64,000 bases of DNA. Source: Trueperaceae bacterium. GTDB lineage: Bacteria > Deinococcota > Deinococci > Deinococcales > Trueperaceae. Below are positions 39,597-49,925 of the stretch, in pieces (position 1 is the stretch's first letter; every line of letters begins with the position of its first letter). Under the pieces are notes generated by a model. It did not search any database. It worked only from the letters and a program-made list of their open reading frames with translations, and was not told the origin of the DNA. A program made the position numbers and the translations under genes. The stretch covers positions 992,001-1,056,000 of the forward strand of contig OZ243913.1 of assembly GCA_965213705.1 (NCBI GenBank). Direction: 5' to 3'.

Positions 39597-40139
39597 ATGG
39601 CAACGACAGCAACGGCAGCAGCCAAGGAAGCACCCCAAGACCACATGTTCGACACCCACATCGACGTCGAAAAAGACGTGCGCGAACAGCTTATCAAACT
39701 ATGCAACCAGCAACTCGCCGACAACACCACGCTTTACACGCAGGTCAAGCAAGCCCACTGGAACGTCAAGGGCATCCACTTTTTCCAGTTGCACGAACTC
39801 TTCGACCACGTCGCCGAAGTGGTGCAACCCTATTCGGACATGATTGCCGAACGCGCGACGATTTTGGGCGGCTACGCGCAGGGTACGGTCAGAATGGCGG
39901 CGGACGCGACCACGCTGCCCGACTACCCTACCGACGCCACGGCGGGCCACGAGCACTTGGAAGCCGTCATCGAGCGGGTGGCGCAGTACGCTAAGAGCAC
40001 CCGCGACGCCATCGACAAGTCCGACGAGTTGGGCGACCCCACGACCGCCGACATGTTCACCGAAGTGTCGCGCGGCGTCGACAAGCAGCTCTACTTTTTG
40101 GAGTCGCACCTGCAAGCGGGCGGCGTCAAAGCGCAGTAA
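39597..40139 (+). CDS. dps: DNA starvation/stationary phase protection protein Dps
   Basis: KQAHWNVKG..F..LHELFD, D.IAER, DKQL.FLE.H. Confidence 0.95.
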   Translation: MATTATAAAKEAPQDHMFDTHIDVEKDVREQLIKLCNQQLADNTTLYTQVKQAHWNVKGIHFFQLHELFDHVAEVVQPYSDMIAERATILGGYAQGTVRMAADATTLPDYPTDATAGHEHLEAVIERVAQYAKSTRDAIDKSDELGDPTTADMFTEVSRGVDKQLYFLESHLQAGGVKAQ

Positions 40140-40158
40140 GGTCAAACTCGAGTTGACA

Positions 40159-40190
40159 AGGAGGAACGGCTCAGAAGCCGTTCCTCTTTT
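40159..40190. terminator. intrinsic terminator between the convergent dps and acuC
   Basis: GAGGAACGGC-tcagaa-GCCGTTCCTC-TTTT. Confidence 0.85.
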
Positions 40191-41381
40191 CTATTTTTTT
40201 CGGGGCTCAAACTGTTCTGCCCAAATGGGTTCCAAGGTGTTCAGCAACCGCTTGGCGACCGCCGCGTTGTGCGAAGCGATGTCGGCGTGGCGCGGCGTCG
40301 GCTGCCAGGCGGTGGGGTCGTCCTGGAGGGTTGTGGGAAGCGCGACGGGGCTTTGGGGGCTCCACTGCTCGAGCCAAGCCGCCGGCAACTCCTCGGGCAA
40401 GGTTTGCCCGGTCAGCGTCGCCCAGAGGAGCGCCCAGGCTCGAGGCACCGTGCGGTAGGGGTCGTAGCCGCCGCCGCCGGTCGCGACGATTCGGCCCCCG
40501 CACAGTTCGTCGGCAAGTTCCACGACGCGCCGGTAGCTCTGCGCCATGCCCGCGACGCTGAGTTTGAGGTCGGCCAACGGGTCGAAAGCGTGCATGTCGG
40601 CCCCGGCCTGCAGCACGATTATTTCGGGCTGAAAAGCGCGCAGCGCGGCGGGGACGACGGCCTCGAAACTTGCCAAGTACGAAGCGTCTTCGGTATAGGG
40701 CTCCAGGGGCATGTTGACGCTCCTACCGCGCCCGGCCCCCTTGCCGACCTCGTAGGTGTAGCCGCTGCCGGGGAACAGGTAGCGCCCCGACTCGTGCAAA
40801 CTTATCGTCATTACCTCGGGGTGGTCGTAAAACAACCCCTGCACCCCGTCGCCGTGGTGGGCGTCGATGTCGAGGTAGGCCACGCGCAAACCGTACTTGT
40901 TGACGGCGTGGTCGATGCCGAGCGCGAGGTCGTTGTATAGGCAAAAGCCCGAGGCTTGCCCGGCGTGGGCGTGGTGCAGCCCGCCCGAGAGGTTGAGGGC
41001 GCGCTTCGCTCGGTTAGAGGCGACCAAGTCCACAGCGGTCACGGTCGCCGAACACACCCGCAAAATCGCCTCGTGCATGTGCGGAAAAATCGGGTTGTCG
41101 CCGGTACCGAGGCCGTAGCTGTAGGCGTCGTCGACCTCCTCGCCCCGAGACACCGCCTTGACCGCCTCGACGAAGTCCCGGTGGTGAACACGCAGCAGTT
41201 TCGCCTCGGTGACGGGTTTGGGTTTGACGAAGTGGTCGGGGGAGAGGAGGCGAGCGTGCTCGAGCAAACTCCGGGTCAGCTCCAAGCGCACGGGCTTGAA
41301 AGGGTGGCTGTCGGACAGCTCGTACTCGCTCAGCGCGGGGTCGTAAACAAAGGCAAAATCGGTAGGGCTAGGGTCGGGCAC
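40191..41381 (-). CDS. acuC: AcuC, histone-deacetylase-family protein deacetylase
   Basis: HPF.P.R, GGLHHA, GFC, DIDAHHGDGV, QAGAD, GGGGY. Confidence 0.92.
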   Translation of the reverse strand: MPDPSPTDFAFVYDPALSEYELSDSHPFKPVRLELTRSLLEHARLLSPDHFVKPKPVTEAKLLRVHHRDFVEAVKAVSRGEEVDDAYSYGLGTGDNPIFPHMHEAILRVCSATVTAVDLVASNRAKRALNLSGGLHHAHAGQASGFCLYNDLALGIDHAVNKYGLRVAYLDIDAHHGDGVQGLFYDHPEVMTISLHESGRYLFPGSGYTYEVGKGAGRGRSVNMPLEPYTEDASYLASFEAVVPAALRAFQPEIIVLQAGADMHAFDPLADLKLSVAGMAQSYRRVVELADELCGGRIVATGGGGYDPYRTVPRAWALLWATLTGQTLPEELPAAWLEQWSPQSPVALPTTLQDDPTAWQPTPRHADIASHNAAVAKRLLNTLEPIWAEQFEPRKK

Positions 41382-41382
41382 G

Positions 41383-42012
41383 TTACTTTTCCCCCGGCCA
41401 CAGGACGCTGAAACCGGCCTCGCTCAGCGTGTTCGCTAAGGCTCGAGCGTCGATGGTGCCGACGCGCAGCGCAAAGGTCAGGGTGCCCGGTTCCTGGTGT
41501 GTGGTCATCACGCTCGAGACGTTTACCTTGCGCTTGGCGATGCGCGTAAGTAAGTCGGCGAGCGCGCCCGGCCGGTCGTCGACCTCGACTTCCAAGCGGC
41601 TTGTCGCCGCGCCCACCCCGACCATCTTGGTAAACGCCTCTAAGAAGTCGATGCTCGTGACGATGCCGACGAGGTCGTCGTCCTGCAGCACCGGCAGCGC
41701 GCCGATTTTGAAGTCGTGGAGGGTTTTGGCCGCTTCTTCGACCGGGTCGAGGCGGTGCGCGGTGATGACGGGGGCGACCATAATTCGCGCGACCGGGTCT
41801 TTGAGCGTCACGTCCACGGGCGCGCCCGGATAAGCCGCGCCGACGCTGCGCACGTCGCGGTCGGAGACGATGCCAACGAGCTGAGCGTCCTCGAGAATCG
41901 GAAAGTGGCGAATATGTTTTTGCGCCATGAGCGCGAACACGTCGCCGATGGGCAAGTCCGGCCCGATGGCGATAGCTCCTTTGGTCATGATGTCTTGAAC
42001 GAGCACGAACAT
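41383..42012 (-). CDS. acuB: AcuB-like CBS-pair plus ACT domain protein
   Basis: Two CBS motifs (VGIVSDRD, IGALPV), DRPGALA. Confidence 0.85.
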   Translation of the reverse strand: MFVLVQDIMTKGAIAIGPDLPIGDVFALMAQKHIRHFPILEDAQLVGIVSDRDVRSVGAAYPGAPVDVTLKDPVARIMVAPVITAHRLDPVEEAAKTLHDFKIGALPVLQDDDLVGIVTSIDFLEAFTKMVGVGAATSRLEVEVDDRPGALADLLTRIAKRKVNVSSVMTTHQEPGTLTFALRVGTIDARALANTLSEAGFSVLWPGEK

Positions 42013-42189
42013 CCTTCCGTTTCGGCCCACATTTGCTACTCTGGGGTCGAAACCCTGCGAAACCGTTTCTCGAGATTTCGGCGCTGCCTAAAACGACGCT
42101 TGAACGACGCTTGAACGGTTCGGCTTTATGGTAGCAAGTGTAGCTTAGCAGCAAACCGGTATCGGCTGGGTTTCGGAAAGGTGGCAACG

Positions 42190-44166
42190 ATGCTGAAACA
42201 CCGTTTTGTGGGGGTTTTGCTGCTGGTCGTCCTGAGTTTGGGGCAAGCCCAAACTCCAACCCACGTCGAACTCGTTCTCGACGCCTCGGGCTCGATGTGG
42301 AACAAGCTTGCGGACGGTCAGTACCGCATCGTCGCCGCCAAAACGGTCTTGGCCGACTTCGTCAGCAGCCTGCCCACCGACGAGACGCTGAACGTAGGCC
42401 TGCGGGTTTACGGCTCGAGAACCGCCGCGCTGGACGAAGGTTCTTGTGAGGACAGCGAGTTGTTCGTCCCCATCGACGGGGTAGCCCGGGACGCCCTGCT
42501 TGCAAGCGTCCGCGACGCGAACGCGGTCGGGGCCACACCGATTGCTTACTCGCTGCAACAAGCCGCCGCCGACTTTCCGGCGCAAGGCAAAAAAATCATC
42601 GTCCTCGTCACCGACGGTGAAGAGTCCTGCGGCGGCGACGTGCGGGACACCTTGCAAACGCTGCGCGACAGCGGCGTTGAGATAGACCTGAAAGTTATCG
42701 GGTTCGACTTGAACGACCGCGCGGTCTCGAGCTTCGAAGGCTTGGGCACGTTCGAAAACGCGCGCAGCGCGGGCGAATTGGCCGCCGCCCTGGGCCGCGC
42801 CGTCACGGTCGAAAAAACACAGACCTACAGGGTCGCCGTGAGCGTCACCCGGCAGGGCGAGCCCGCCGCGGACGGGGCGGCGGTCAAGCTGCTCGAGGCG
42901 GTCGGCGGCGAAGCGTTTTCTCTGACACCGAGCGAGCCTGGCACGCTCACGGCGGAGGTGCCCGCGGGCGCTTACACGGCCGAGGTCGAAGACGCCTTCA
43001 CCGCCGCGCCGCTGAGTTTTTCCGACTTGTCGGTCACGCCGGAGGGTGACAACGCCTTCGCGTTCGAGCTCGCCGCCGAAACCGAGGTCGTTTTAAGCGT
43101 GACGCCCGCCGCGCCGGTCACCGGCAGCACGGTCACGGTGACTTTCGGGGCCGCGCCGCCGGGCGAACGCAACTGGGTCACCGTCGTGCCGCAGGACGTG
43201 CCGGACGAGGTGTATTTGGATTACGAGTACGTCACGGACGAGAGCGGTACGGCCGAGCTACGCCTACCGGCCGAAGCGGCAACCTTGGAAGCCAGGTATC
43301 ACGTAGAATTGCCCGAAGGCGGCACGCGCGTCGTCGGGCGCAGCGCGCCGTTTGCGTCGGTTCAGGCCACTGTCACCCTTGACCTGCCCGCCGAGGTCGC
43401 TGGCGGCACCGCTTTCGACGTGGCTTGGACCGGCCCCGACAACGAGCGCGACTACCTCACCGTCGTGCCCGCCGACGCGCCCGACGGTCAGTACCAGCAG
43501 TACCGCTACACCCGTGAAAACTCGACGCTTCAGTTCACCGCGCCCGTCGAACCCGGCGACTACGAAGTGCGCTACCAGTCGGACTATGGCGACGAAGTGG
43601 TAGCGAGGGCCCCCTTTACCGTCACCGCGTCAGCCATAACCTTGGACGTACCCGCCGAAGTCGCTGCGGGTACGTCGTTCGACGTGGCTTGGACCGGCCC
43701 GAACGGCAACCGCGACTACCTCACCGTGGTTCCTGCCGACGCCGCGGACGACACTTACCAGGAATACAGCTACACGAGCGAAGGGCCGACGCTTGACTTC
43801 ACCGCGCCCATCACGCCGGGGAGGTACGAGGTGCGCTACCAGTCCGACCGCGAGCGTGGCGTGTTCGCCCGACAAGCGTTCACCGTCACCGAAACGGCCA
43901 TCCGTCTGGACGCGCCCGCCGAGGTCGGCGCGGGCGAGGCGTTTACCGTGACCTGGAGCGGGCCGGACGGCGCGCAGGACTACGTCACCATTGTTCCGGC
44001 GGGGGCGGCGGAGGGCGCTTACCTCGACTACGCCTACACAAGGGGCGGCACCTCACTCACCCTGGACGCACCCGCCGAACCGGGCAGTTACGAAATTCGT
44101 TACAGCACCGACCGCGGTAGCGACAAGGGCAAAATCTTTGCGAGCGTGCCGATTACGGTTAGGTAA
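42190..44166 (+). CDS. secreted VWA domain protein with four tandem Ig-like repeats
   Basis: LDASGSM, TPI, VTDGEESCGG; repeated V.WTGP...DY.T.VP...PG.YE.RY. Confidence 0.88.
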   Translation: MLKHRFVGVLLLVVLSLGQAQTPTHVELVLDASGSMWNKLADGQYRIVAAKTVLADFVSSLPTDETLNVGLRVYGSRTAALDEGSCEDSELFVPIDGVARDALLASVRDANAVGATPIAYSLQQAAADFPAQGKKIIVLVTDGEESCGGDVRDTLQTLRDSGVEIDLKVIGFDLNDRAVSSFEGLGTFENARSAGELAAALGRAVTVEKTQTYRVAVSVTRQGEPAADGAAVKLLEAVGGEAFSLTPSEPGTLTAEVPAGAYTAEVEDAFTAAPLSFSDLSVTPEGDNAFAFELAAETEVVLSVTPAAPVTGSTVTVTFGAAPPGERNWVTVVPQDVPDEVYLDYEYVTDESGTAELRLPAEAATLEARYHVELPEGGTRVVGRSAPFASVQATVTLDLPAEVAGGTAFDVAWTGPDNERDYLTVVPADAPDGQYQQYRYTRENSTLQFTAPVEPGDYEVRYQSDYGDEVVARAPFTVTASAITLDVPAEVAAGTSFDVAWTGPNGNRDYLTVVPADAADDTYQEYSYTSEGPTLDFTAPITPGRYEVRYQSDRERGVFARQAFTVTETAIRLDAPAEVGAGEAFTVTWSGPDGAQDYVTIVPAGAAEGAYLDYAYTRGGTSLTLDAPAEPGSYEIRYSTDRGSDKGKIFASVPITVR

Positions 44167-44222
44167 AGTGAGGGGGTGGCGGCGAGTGTTTGCTTCCACC
44201 CTCCCTTTTCCCATCCCCTTTT

Positions 44223-45650
44223 TCAGAGGACGATTTCAGTCCCCGCCTCGAGCCCCCCCGGCAACTCGATGTTATCCAAGTCTTCCGGTTCAATGGCCGT
44301 CAGCGGGCTCAGTTCGATGACGGCGTTTATTTTGTCGCCGTTGTCAAAAGGCACCTTGACGCCGCAACCTTGCAACCACCGACCAGCGCGTTGGCTCTGC
44401 AACTGCCGGCTCGTCTCGGGCGAGTCGTCGCCTTCGGCATTCTTGATGGGCGCGAACTCCTCGACCCGGTCGGTTTCTAACAGCACGCTTTTTTCGGCGA
44501 GCGGCAGCGCGTCGAAGACGAAGGTCTCGAGCTTGACCGCGTTGGGCGCGTCGGGCTCGACAAATTCACCCGTTGAGAGGTCGAGGTGAGGCACTTTTTT
44601 GTTCGCCCGGTGAAACGGCAGGGCGAAGCGCCCGCCGGACTCGTTCAAACGCCGCACGAAGTCCACGCTGAGAAGGTGAATCGCAATCGAGCCTGCATCA
44701 AAGGCGAGCTTGCCCGAAGCGTTGCGTCGTTCGGCCAACTCGCTCGGCATGTCGGAATATTCGATGACGCTCAAGCGTCCGTCGATGCGGCAGAAGTTGC
44801 CGACTTTTTCGAACGGACCGACCTTGGGCAGCAGCTTCGCCGACATCTCCGCGCCTTGCAATGCGTGCAGCCCGATAAACAGCGGGTCGAGCGGCTTGAC
44901 GTTCGGGTTGTCGACCTGGAAATAGCTGATGTGTTCGACGCCGCGCCGCGTCATGTCGGTCAGCGCGCCGCTCTTGTAAAGCGCCTTGAGGCTGCCGCCG
45001 TGCCCGTCGGGGTTGAGGGCGAGGCTGTCTTTGTCGGCGAGCAACACTTTACCGTCCAGCCCGATGCTCGGCATACTGCCTTGCTGGAAAAACATGACAT
45101 CCTCGGCCTCGAGCCCAAAATAACCATACTCTTCGAAAAACGCGCGCGTGTCCGCGTCGTTCAGGGTGCTCGTCATGAGGTACCAGGGCACAGCAGCGCC
45201 GTACTTTTGCTGCGCCTTGCGAATCGTTTCGGCGAACACCTGGAACAGCGGTTTGCCCTGCACCGGCGTCGCCGGAAAGGTGCCCTTGGGGCCGTCCCAA
45301 CCGAGGCGCGTACCCTGGCCCCCGGCGACCGTGAAGGCCGCGACCTTGCCGGAACGCAACAGGTCTTCGCCGCGCTCTCTGGCTTGGCGGTAGGTAGCCT
45401 CGAGGTCGGGGGTCGGCGTGCGCGGGTAGTAGGGCGCGGGCTCGATGTTCTCGGACAGGGCAGTCTCGGCCGGGTTCAGCACGTCCTGGACCAGTTCGCT
45501 CAGTTGCGCCCAGTCCTGAGCCTCTACCTGGTCCAAAAGTTGCGCTTTGCCCACGTCATTCAGGTGTTCGAAATAGTGCAGGAGATGAGATTGGTCGTAA
45601 CTTTGCAACGTCTGCTTCGAGGCGTCGTAGCGTTTTTGTAGTGCGTCCAT
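44223..45650 (-). CDS. UDPGP-family (UAP1-like) UDP-N-acetylglucosamine pyrophosphorylase
   Basis: AGGQGTRLG..GPKG, PDGHGG, QVDNP, IEYSD, KLETFVFDAL, EFAPIKN. Confidence 0.9.
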   Translation of the reverse strand: MDALQKRYDASKQTLQSYDQSHLLHYFEHLNDVGKAQLLDQVEAQDWAQLSELVQDVLNPAETALSENIEPAPYYPRTPTPDLEATYRQARERGEDLLRSGKVAAFTVAGGQGTRLGWDGPKGTFPATPVQGKPLFQVFAETIRKAQQKYGAAVPWYLMTSTLNDADTRAFFEEYGYFGLEAEDVMFFQQGSMPSIGLDGKVLLADKDSLALNPDGHGGSLKALYKSGALTDMTRRGVEHISYFQVDNPNVKPLDPLFIGLHALQGAEMSAKLLPKVGPFEKVGNFCRIDGRLSVIEYSDMPSELAERRNASGKLAFDAGSIAIHLLSVDFVRRLNESGGRFALPFHRANKKVPHLDLSTGEFVEPDAPNAVKLETFVFDALPLAEKSVLLETDRVEEFAPIKNAEGDDSPETSRQLQSQRAGRWLQGCGVKVPFDNGDKINAVIELSPLTAIEPEDLDNIELPGGLEAGTEIVL

Positions 45651-45741
45651 AGCCTCATCATACGCAACCCTGCCAAGTCGTCAAAGTGCAAAGGGTGACT
45701 CGAGCTACACAGCTTTTCTGAGCGCAGCCGTTCTCAAAAGC

Positions 45742-46704
45742 TCAAGCGCCGGGTTCGTCCGCTTCGGTAGGACCAGGCAGCGGCAACGGTTCCAAGTCGG
45801 TTTCAGACTTCCCGCGGCGTCCCCTGGTGCGCACGCGCTTGGCTAAGTCGCCCGCCAGTTTGCGGCCCTGCTCGAGCGCGTCGGCGTAGTAGCGGCGCAT
45901 CTCTTTCAGCGTCGCCGTTTCGCCCTCGGCGGCCCACAGGTGAACCGTCTGGCCGATGACCCAGGTGCCCGCGTAGGACACGGCAATTTTCGGGACGATG
46001 CCCCAGACGGGCACGAGCCCGACGAGTTCTCGAGCCACCTGCCGGAACAGAAAGCCGCCGCCGACCACGCTGATGATTTCTTTCATCAGTTCTTCGGGCT
46101 TGCCCTTTTTGCCCTCGGCGAGCGCGAGCTTGTAAGCCATCAGCAGTTGGTTTTTGGTCAGCACGACGAGGTCGGCCACGTTGAGCGGTAGGCTCAAAAT
46201 CGGCACGATTTGGGCCACGCCCGTGGAGGCGGCGTAGGCGGCGTTCGTCCTCGAGGTCTGTTCGATGAGCGTCCGCGCGTAAGCCCCGCGCAAGGTGGGC
46301 ACGTGCCGCGCCAGGGACAAGCGCTGCGTGTCGGGCGCTTTGTCGATGAGGGCCGGGGCCAGGACGGTTTGAAGCGTGTTGACTTCTAAGTTCAGCAGCA
46401 TTACGCGGTCGGGGATGCGGGTGTCCACGTTGCCGACCAGGACTTCCAACCCGCCCGCGGGCAACGGTTCGGCAGGCGGCGCGTCCTGTGACACCCGCAC
46501 GAGCAGGTCGCCGGGGCGGCGTTCACTCAGGTTCGCAAGCGTGCTCACCCACGGGGCCGCGCCGAGTTCGCGCGCCAGGCGTCCCGCCAACTCGGGCTCG
46601 CCCACGACGGCAACCCGAACGGGCATCTCGGCGTTTTCCTGAATGCTTTTCAGGTTGATTTCGCGGATGAGGTTGAAGAGGGTTTTGGTAGCGCCCAAAA
46701 ACAT
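45742..46704 (-). CDS. DUF697/YcjF-like protein
   Basis: VP......ADL..L..NQ..M..KLA, GLVP.WG....AV.YAGT. Confidence 0.7.
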   Translation of the reverse strand: MFLGATKTLFNLIREINLKSIQENAEMPVRVAVVGEPELAGRLARELGAAPWVSTLANLSERRPGDLLVRVSQDAPPAEPLPAGGLEVLVGNVDTRIPDRVMLLNLEVNTLQTVLAPALIDKAPDTQRLSLARHVPTLRGAYARTLIEQTSRTNAAYAASTGVAQIVPILSLPLNVADLVVLTKNQLLMAYKLALAEGKKGKPEELMKEIISVVGGGFLFRQVARELVGLVPVWGIVPKIAVSYAGTWVIGQTVHLWAAEGETATLKEMRRYYADALEQGRKLAGDLAKRVRTRGRRGKSETDLEPLPLPGPTEADEPGA

Positions 46705-46856
46705 CTAGCGCCTGCTCTCGGCGGCGCGGTTCGGCTGTGAGGGTGACATGGGGGTCAGTTTAGCAGCTCGAGCCCCTTGAAAACTCCGCCGAAAGTAGCA
46801 AGCGTTGAGCCCCATTCGTACCCTGGGAGAAGCGCGCCTCTCACGAAAAACCGGCG

Positions 46857-47642
46857 CTAACCTTTTTGGGCGAGCAACGAGTAGCTGAGCGGTGGTTTGT
46901 GCTCAAAGTCCTGAAACGCCCGGTAGTTGTTCGACAAGTCGTGTCCGTACTCTTCAAAATGCGTCAAGTGCAAGCCTGTTTGCAAACACAAACCGATGAT
47001 GCTCGACAAGGTGTGCTGAAACCAGTACGACTCGGCGCGGCCGGTCTGGGCGGGGTCCAGGTAGTCGGGCAACGTTTCGCCCACAAAAGGCTCCTGCCGA
47101 AAATACGAGCTGTCGACCTCGAGCACCTTCGTCGGGTCGAACATCGCCAAAACGGGGTGCTGGTCGTAAAGAAAAAGGGCACCCCCAGGCCGAAGCAGCC
47201 GCCCGACGACTGCGAAAAAAGCGGGCAGGTCGGGCAGCCAACCCAACACGCCGACCGTGACGTAGACGATGTCGAAGGCGTGGTCGTAAGTCTCGGCGAC
47301 GTCGTACACGCTTCCGTGAACGAACTCGAGTTCTTGCCCACTCGCCTCGGCAAGTTGCCTGGCTTGCTCGAGAAAGTTCTCCGACAGGTCGAAGCCGACA
47401 CAGCGCCGCGCGCCCGCCTTTTTTACGCTGACGAGTTCTCGGCCGTTGTTACAGCCGAGTTGAACTACGTCCTTGCCTTCCAAACCGAGGCTCGAGAACA
47501 CGCGGCGCTCCACCTCGTCGAAAGTTGTAAAGTCGGGCTGGCTGACGGCGGCTAGAAGTTTGTCGAAACCCTCGGCCTGATAAACGTCCGCCGTCCGGTT
47601 CCACATGGCCCGGTTAACCTGTACAAATTCGTCGTTTTCCAT
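46857..47642 (-). CDS. class I SAM-dependent methyltransferase
   Basis: VQLGCNNG, FDIVY, WLPDL, LRPGG, HP. Confidence 0.88.
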   Translation of the reverse strand: MENDEFVQVNRAMWNRTADVYQAEGFDKLLAAVSQPDFTTFDEVERRVFSSLGLEGKDVVQLGCNNGRELVSVKKAGARRCVGFDLSENFLEQARQLAEASGQELEFVHGSVYDVAETYDHAFDIVYVTVGVLGWLPDLPAFFAVVGRLLRPGGALFLYDQHPVLAMFDPTKVLEVDSSYFRQEPFVGETLPDYLDPAQTGRAESYWFQHTLSSIIGLCLQTGLHLTHFEEYGHDLSNNYRAFQDFEHKPPLSYSLLAQKG

Positions 47643-47696
47643 AAATGCTATTTTAAGGTGCAAGGCTGAGGTTTCTTCACCGACCGGCCTCGAGCC

Positions 47697-48480
47697 TCAA
47701 AATAGTCCGGTGACGGAAACTGCCAGAGTAAAGGTTTGGCTCGAGCCCTCCAAACTGTACTCCGCGCCTGCCCCGCCGTAGGTGAAGCGGTACTCGGGGC
47801 TCGGCGTGACGTACTCGAGGCCGCCGTAGCGCAGGCTCGCACCCAGCAAACCCGAGCCGTTGCTCAGGTTGCCCAGCCAAAAAACCGCCGGGGTCAGGCC
47901 GGTTTGGGCAAAGTCGGGCGAACTTACGCTGACGGCCCCGTAGTGCAGCCCTCGAGCTTGCAAGTCGGCGACATCAGGTCGCCCGCCGCTAAAAGCGCCC
48001 CGAGCGCCGCCGGGTTCTCCGTCAACACGCCCGCGTCGCCGTACCCCAAACCGTTAAGGTGATACTGCCCGCTGACCGAAAAAGTGTAGCGGTCGTCCGC
48101 GGTCGTCGCGCTTTAGCGCGCGCCCAAGGTACCCAAAACGAACAGGCCGTCCGAGGTCTCGGCGCTCAAGCCGGTCGGGCTGTTCGCGTCCCGAACGACG
48201 AACACTTTGTCGCTGCTACCCTCGAGCACCATTTCTGCAAACACGGCCACGTCGCCCACACTGCCGTTACCCGTCGCCATCACGGCGTTGTGCCCGCCGG
48301 TCTCGCGCAGCGCGCCCGTGGTGACCTCGAAACTGCCCAACAAAAACTCATAACGCGCCGCCACGCTCGCGGCAAGCTTTGTAGAAATGTCCCCCAGAAT
48401 CAGGTAACCCGTCAGGTTGTCCGTGCCGATGGGCAGCTGCGCCTTGAGGCTGACCGGCCCTGATTCTTCGCCGGGGTCTT
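47697..48480 (-). pseudogene. fragments of a beta-strand-rich exported protein
   Basis: Short broken ORFs in several frames (48113-48364, 47697-47963); no intact gene. Confidence 0.5.
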
Positions 48481-48574
48481 CGGGGTCGACTTTTCCGAGT
48501 TCACGAGGTTCGCCGGGCTGAAGAAGTAGCCGACGCCCCAGTTGACGGTTTGCTTGCCCGCGCGCACGAGTACC

Positions 48575-48875
48575 TAGGAGCCGACGTCGAATCGCCCGCG
48601 GTCAAGACGAAGCTGTCGGGGAACCTCGCAAAGTAGCTGCTCGGCGCCATCCCCCAGAGCAGCGCGAAAGAGAGGGTTTTGTCGTCCCGGCTGACCGTGG
48701 CGACGCCCGAGAGGAGCGGGGTGTAAGCCTCAACGTTCGGGTCGGCGTCCAGGTAAGCGGCAACGTCCGGGTAGGTGTGCAGCGGCTCGGGGGCCGCGCC
48801 GAAACCGGGCGCGCCGACGCCGCCCCCGACAAAACTCACCGCTTCTTCGCTCGTACCCCGCACAATCAGGTCGCC
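48575..48875 (-). pseudogene. ABC (FtsX/LolE-like) permease internal fragment
   Basis: GDLIV...PNVEAYTP.LSG.A...ALLWG..P; no start or TM segments. Confidence 0.55.
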
Positions 48876-49048
48876 GTGTCGATGCAACCGATAAGGTGCA
48901 GCAGCGTCGACTTGCCCGAGCCCGACGGCCCCGCAATCGAGACGAAGTCGCCCGCCTCAAGCTCGAGCGACACGCCTTTGAGGGCGTGAAGCTCCGTTTT
49001 GCCCAGGGGATAGGTTTTTTTGACGTGGGTCAGTTTGACGATAGCCAC
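48866..49048 (-). pseudogene. truncated LolD/MacB-type ABC ATP-binding protein
   Basis: GGAGG RBS; VKKTY..G....HALKGV...[16 protein letters not shown] then stop at 60 aa. Confidence 0.9.
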
Positions 49049-49183
49049 AGCCTGCCTCCAAAGGGGCTCGAGCCTCCGAGCCGTTTAGCAAGTGTGGCAG
49101 CGAGGTTTGTAGGGCTGCCGCTCGAGACGTGTAGGGTTTATGGAGAGCTGAAACATACCCAACTTTTTGGTATACTGCAAGGT

Positions 49184-49441
49184 ATGAAAATCAAAACCAG
49201 CATTACTTTAGAAGCCGAACTCCTTAACCGCGTTGACAAAACTCTTTTGGAAAGCGAGTCACGTAGCGCCTTTTTCATGGAAGCGGCGCGACAGCTCGCA
49301 GACGCACGTGAGCGTGCCCAAAGAGACGCCCGTGATTTGCAGCTTCTTAACGCCAACGCGGACGCTCTCAACGAGGAGGCTCTCGACAACTTGGCGTTTG
49401 TGTCGGCTATTTTTCAGGAGTATGGCGAAGAGCAACCGTGA
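49184..49441 (+). CDS. ribbon-helix-helix antitoxin
   Basis: Leaderless TATACT-N7-[11 protein letters not shown]...LL..VD...SRS.F...RD...LN..AD.LN.EA. Confidence 0.85.
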   Translation: MKIKTSITLEAELLNRVDKTLLESESRSAFFMEAARQLADARERAQRDARDLQLLNANADALNEEALDNLAFVSAIFQEYGEEQP

Positions 49442-49776
49442 GGCGTGGTGACCTCTACCGTGTCAAACGTTCCAATAGTCCTGACAAAGACCCTCGAGCC
49501 TACCGAGTTTACGTGGTGGTGGGTCGCCAGGTTGTCATCAACTCTGGTTACACTACCGTTATCTGCGCACCTGTTTACTCACGCCATGACGCGCTCAGCA
49601 CGCAAGTGAAGGTTGGTGTCGATGAAGGGTTGAAGCCTGAGTCGAGCATTCATTGTGACAACCTTGTCAGTCTTCCCAAGGTTGTTCTCACGAACTATGT
49701 GGGCAAGTTGGACGAACCCACGATGGCAGAACTGAATCAAGCACTCCGCAGCGCTCTACAACTCGAAGAAAGCTAA
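49438..49776 (+). CDS. mazF: PemK/MazF family toxin
   Basis: MRRGDLY...R..VVV.R...VICAP...EGLK..S.IHCD.L; GTGA overlap. Confidence 0.9.
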   Translation: MRRGDLYRVKRSNSPDKDPRAYRVYVVVGRQVVINSGYTTVICAPVYSRHDALSTQVKVGVDEGLKPESSIHCDNLVSLPKVVLTNYVGKLDEPTMAELNQALRSALQLEES

Positions 49777-49925
49777 ACAGGCAAGGTCAGCGTAAAACTC
49801 GCGCCACCTTCGGCGCGGTTGCTGGCGCTCACGCTGCCGCTATACAACTCGACCAACGTCTTGACAATCGCCAAACCCAGCTCGGCGATGGTGCGCTCGT
49901 CTCCGACAATCAACACTTTGCTCAT
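49773..49925 (-). pseudogene. in-frame response-regulator N-terminus / histidine-kinase C-terminus deletion chimera
   Basis: MSKVLIVGDERTIAEL + [34 protein letters not shown]. Confidence 0.85.

Noticed and set aside
40191..42012. acuB-acuC without acuA; also sucAB without lpd and paaK without paaABCDE
   Set aside because: The partners may lie elsewhere in the genome; this cannot be judged from one window.
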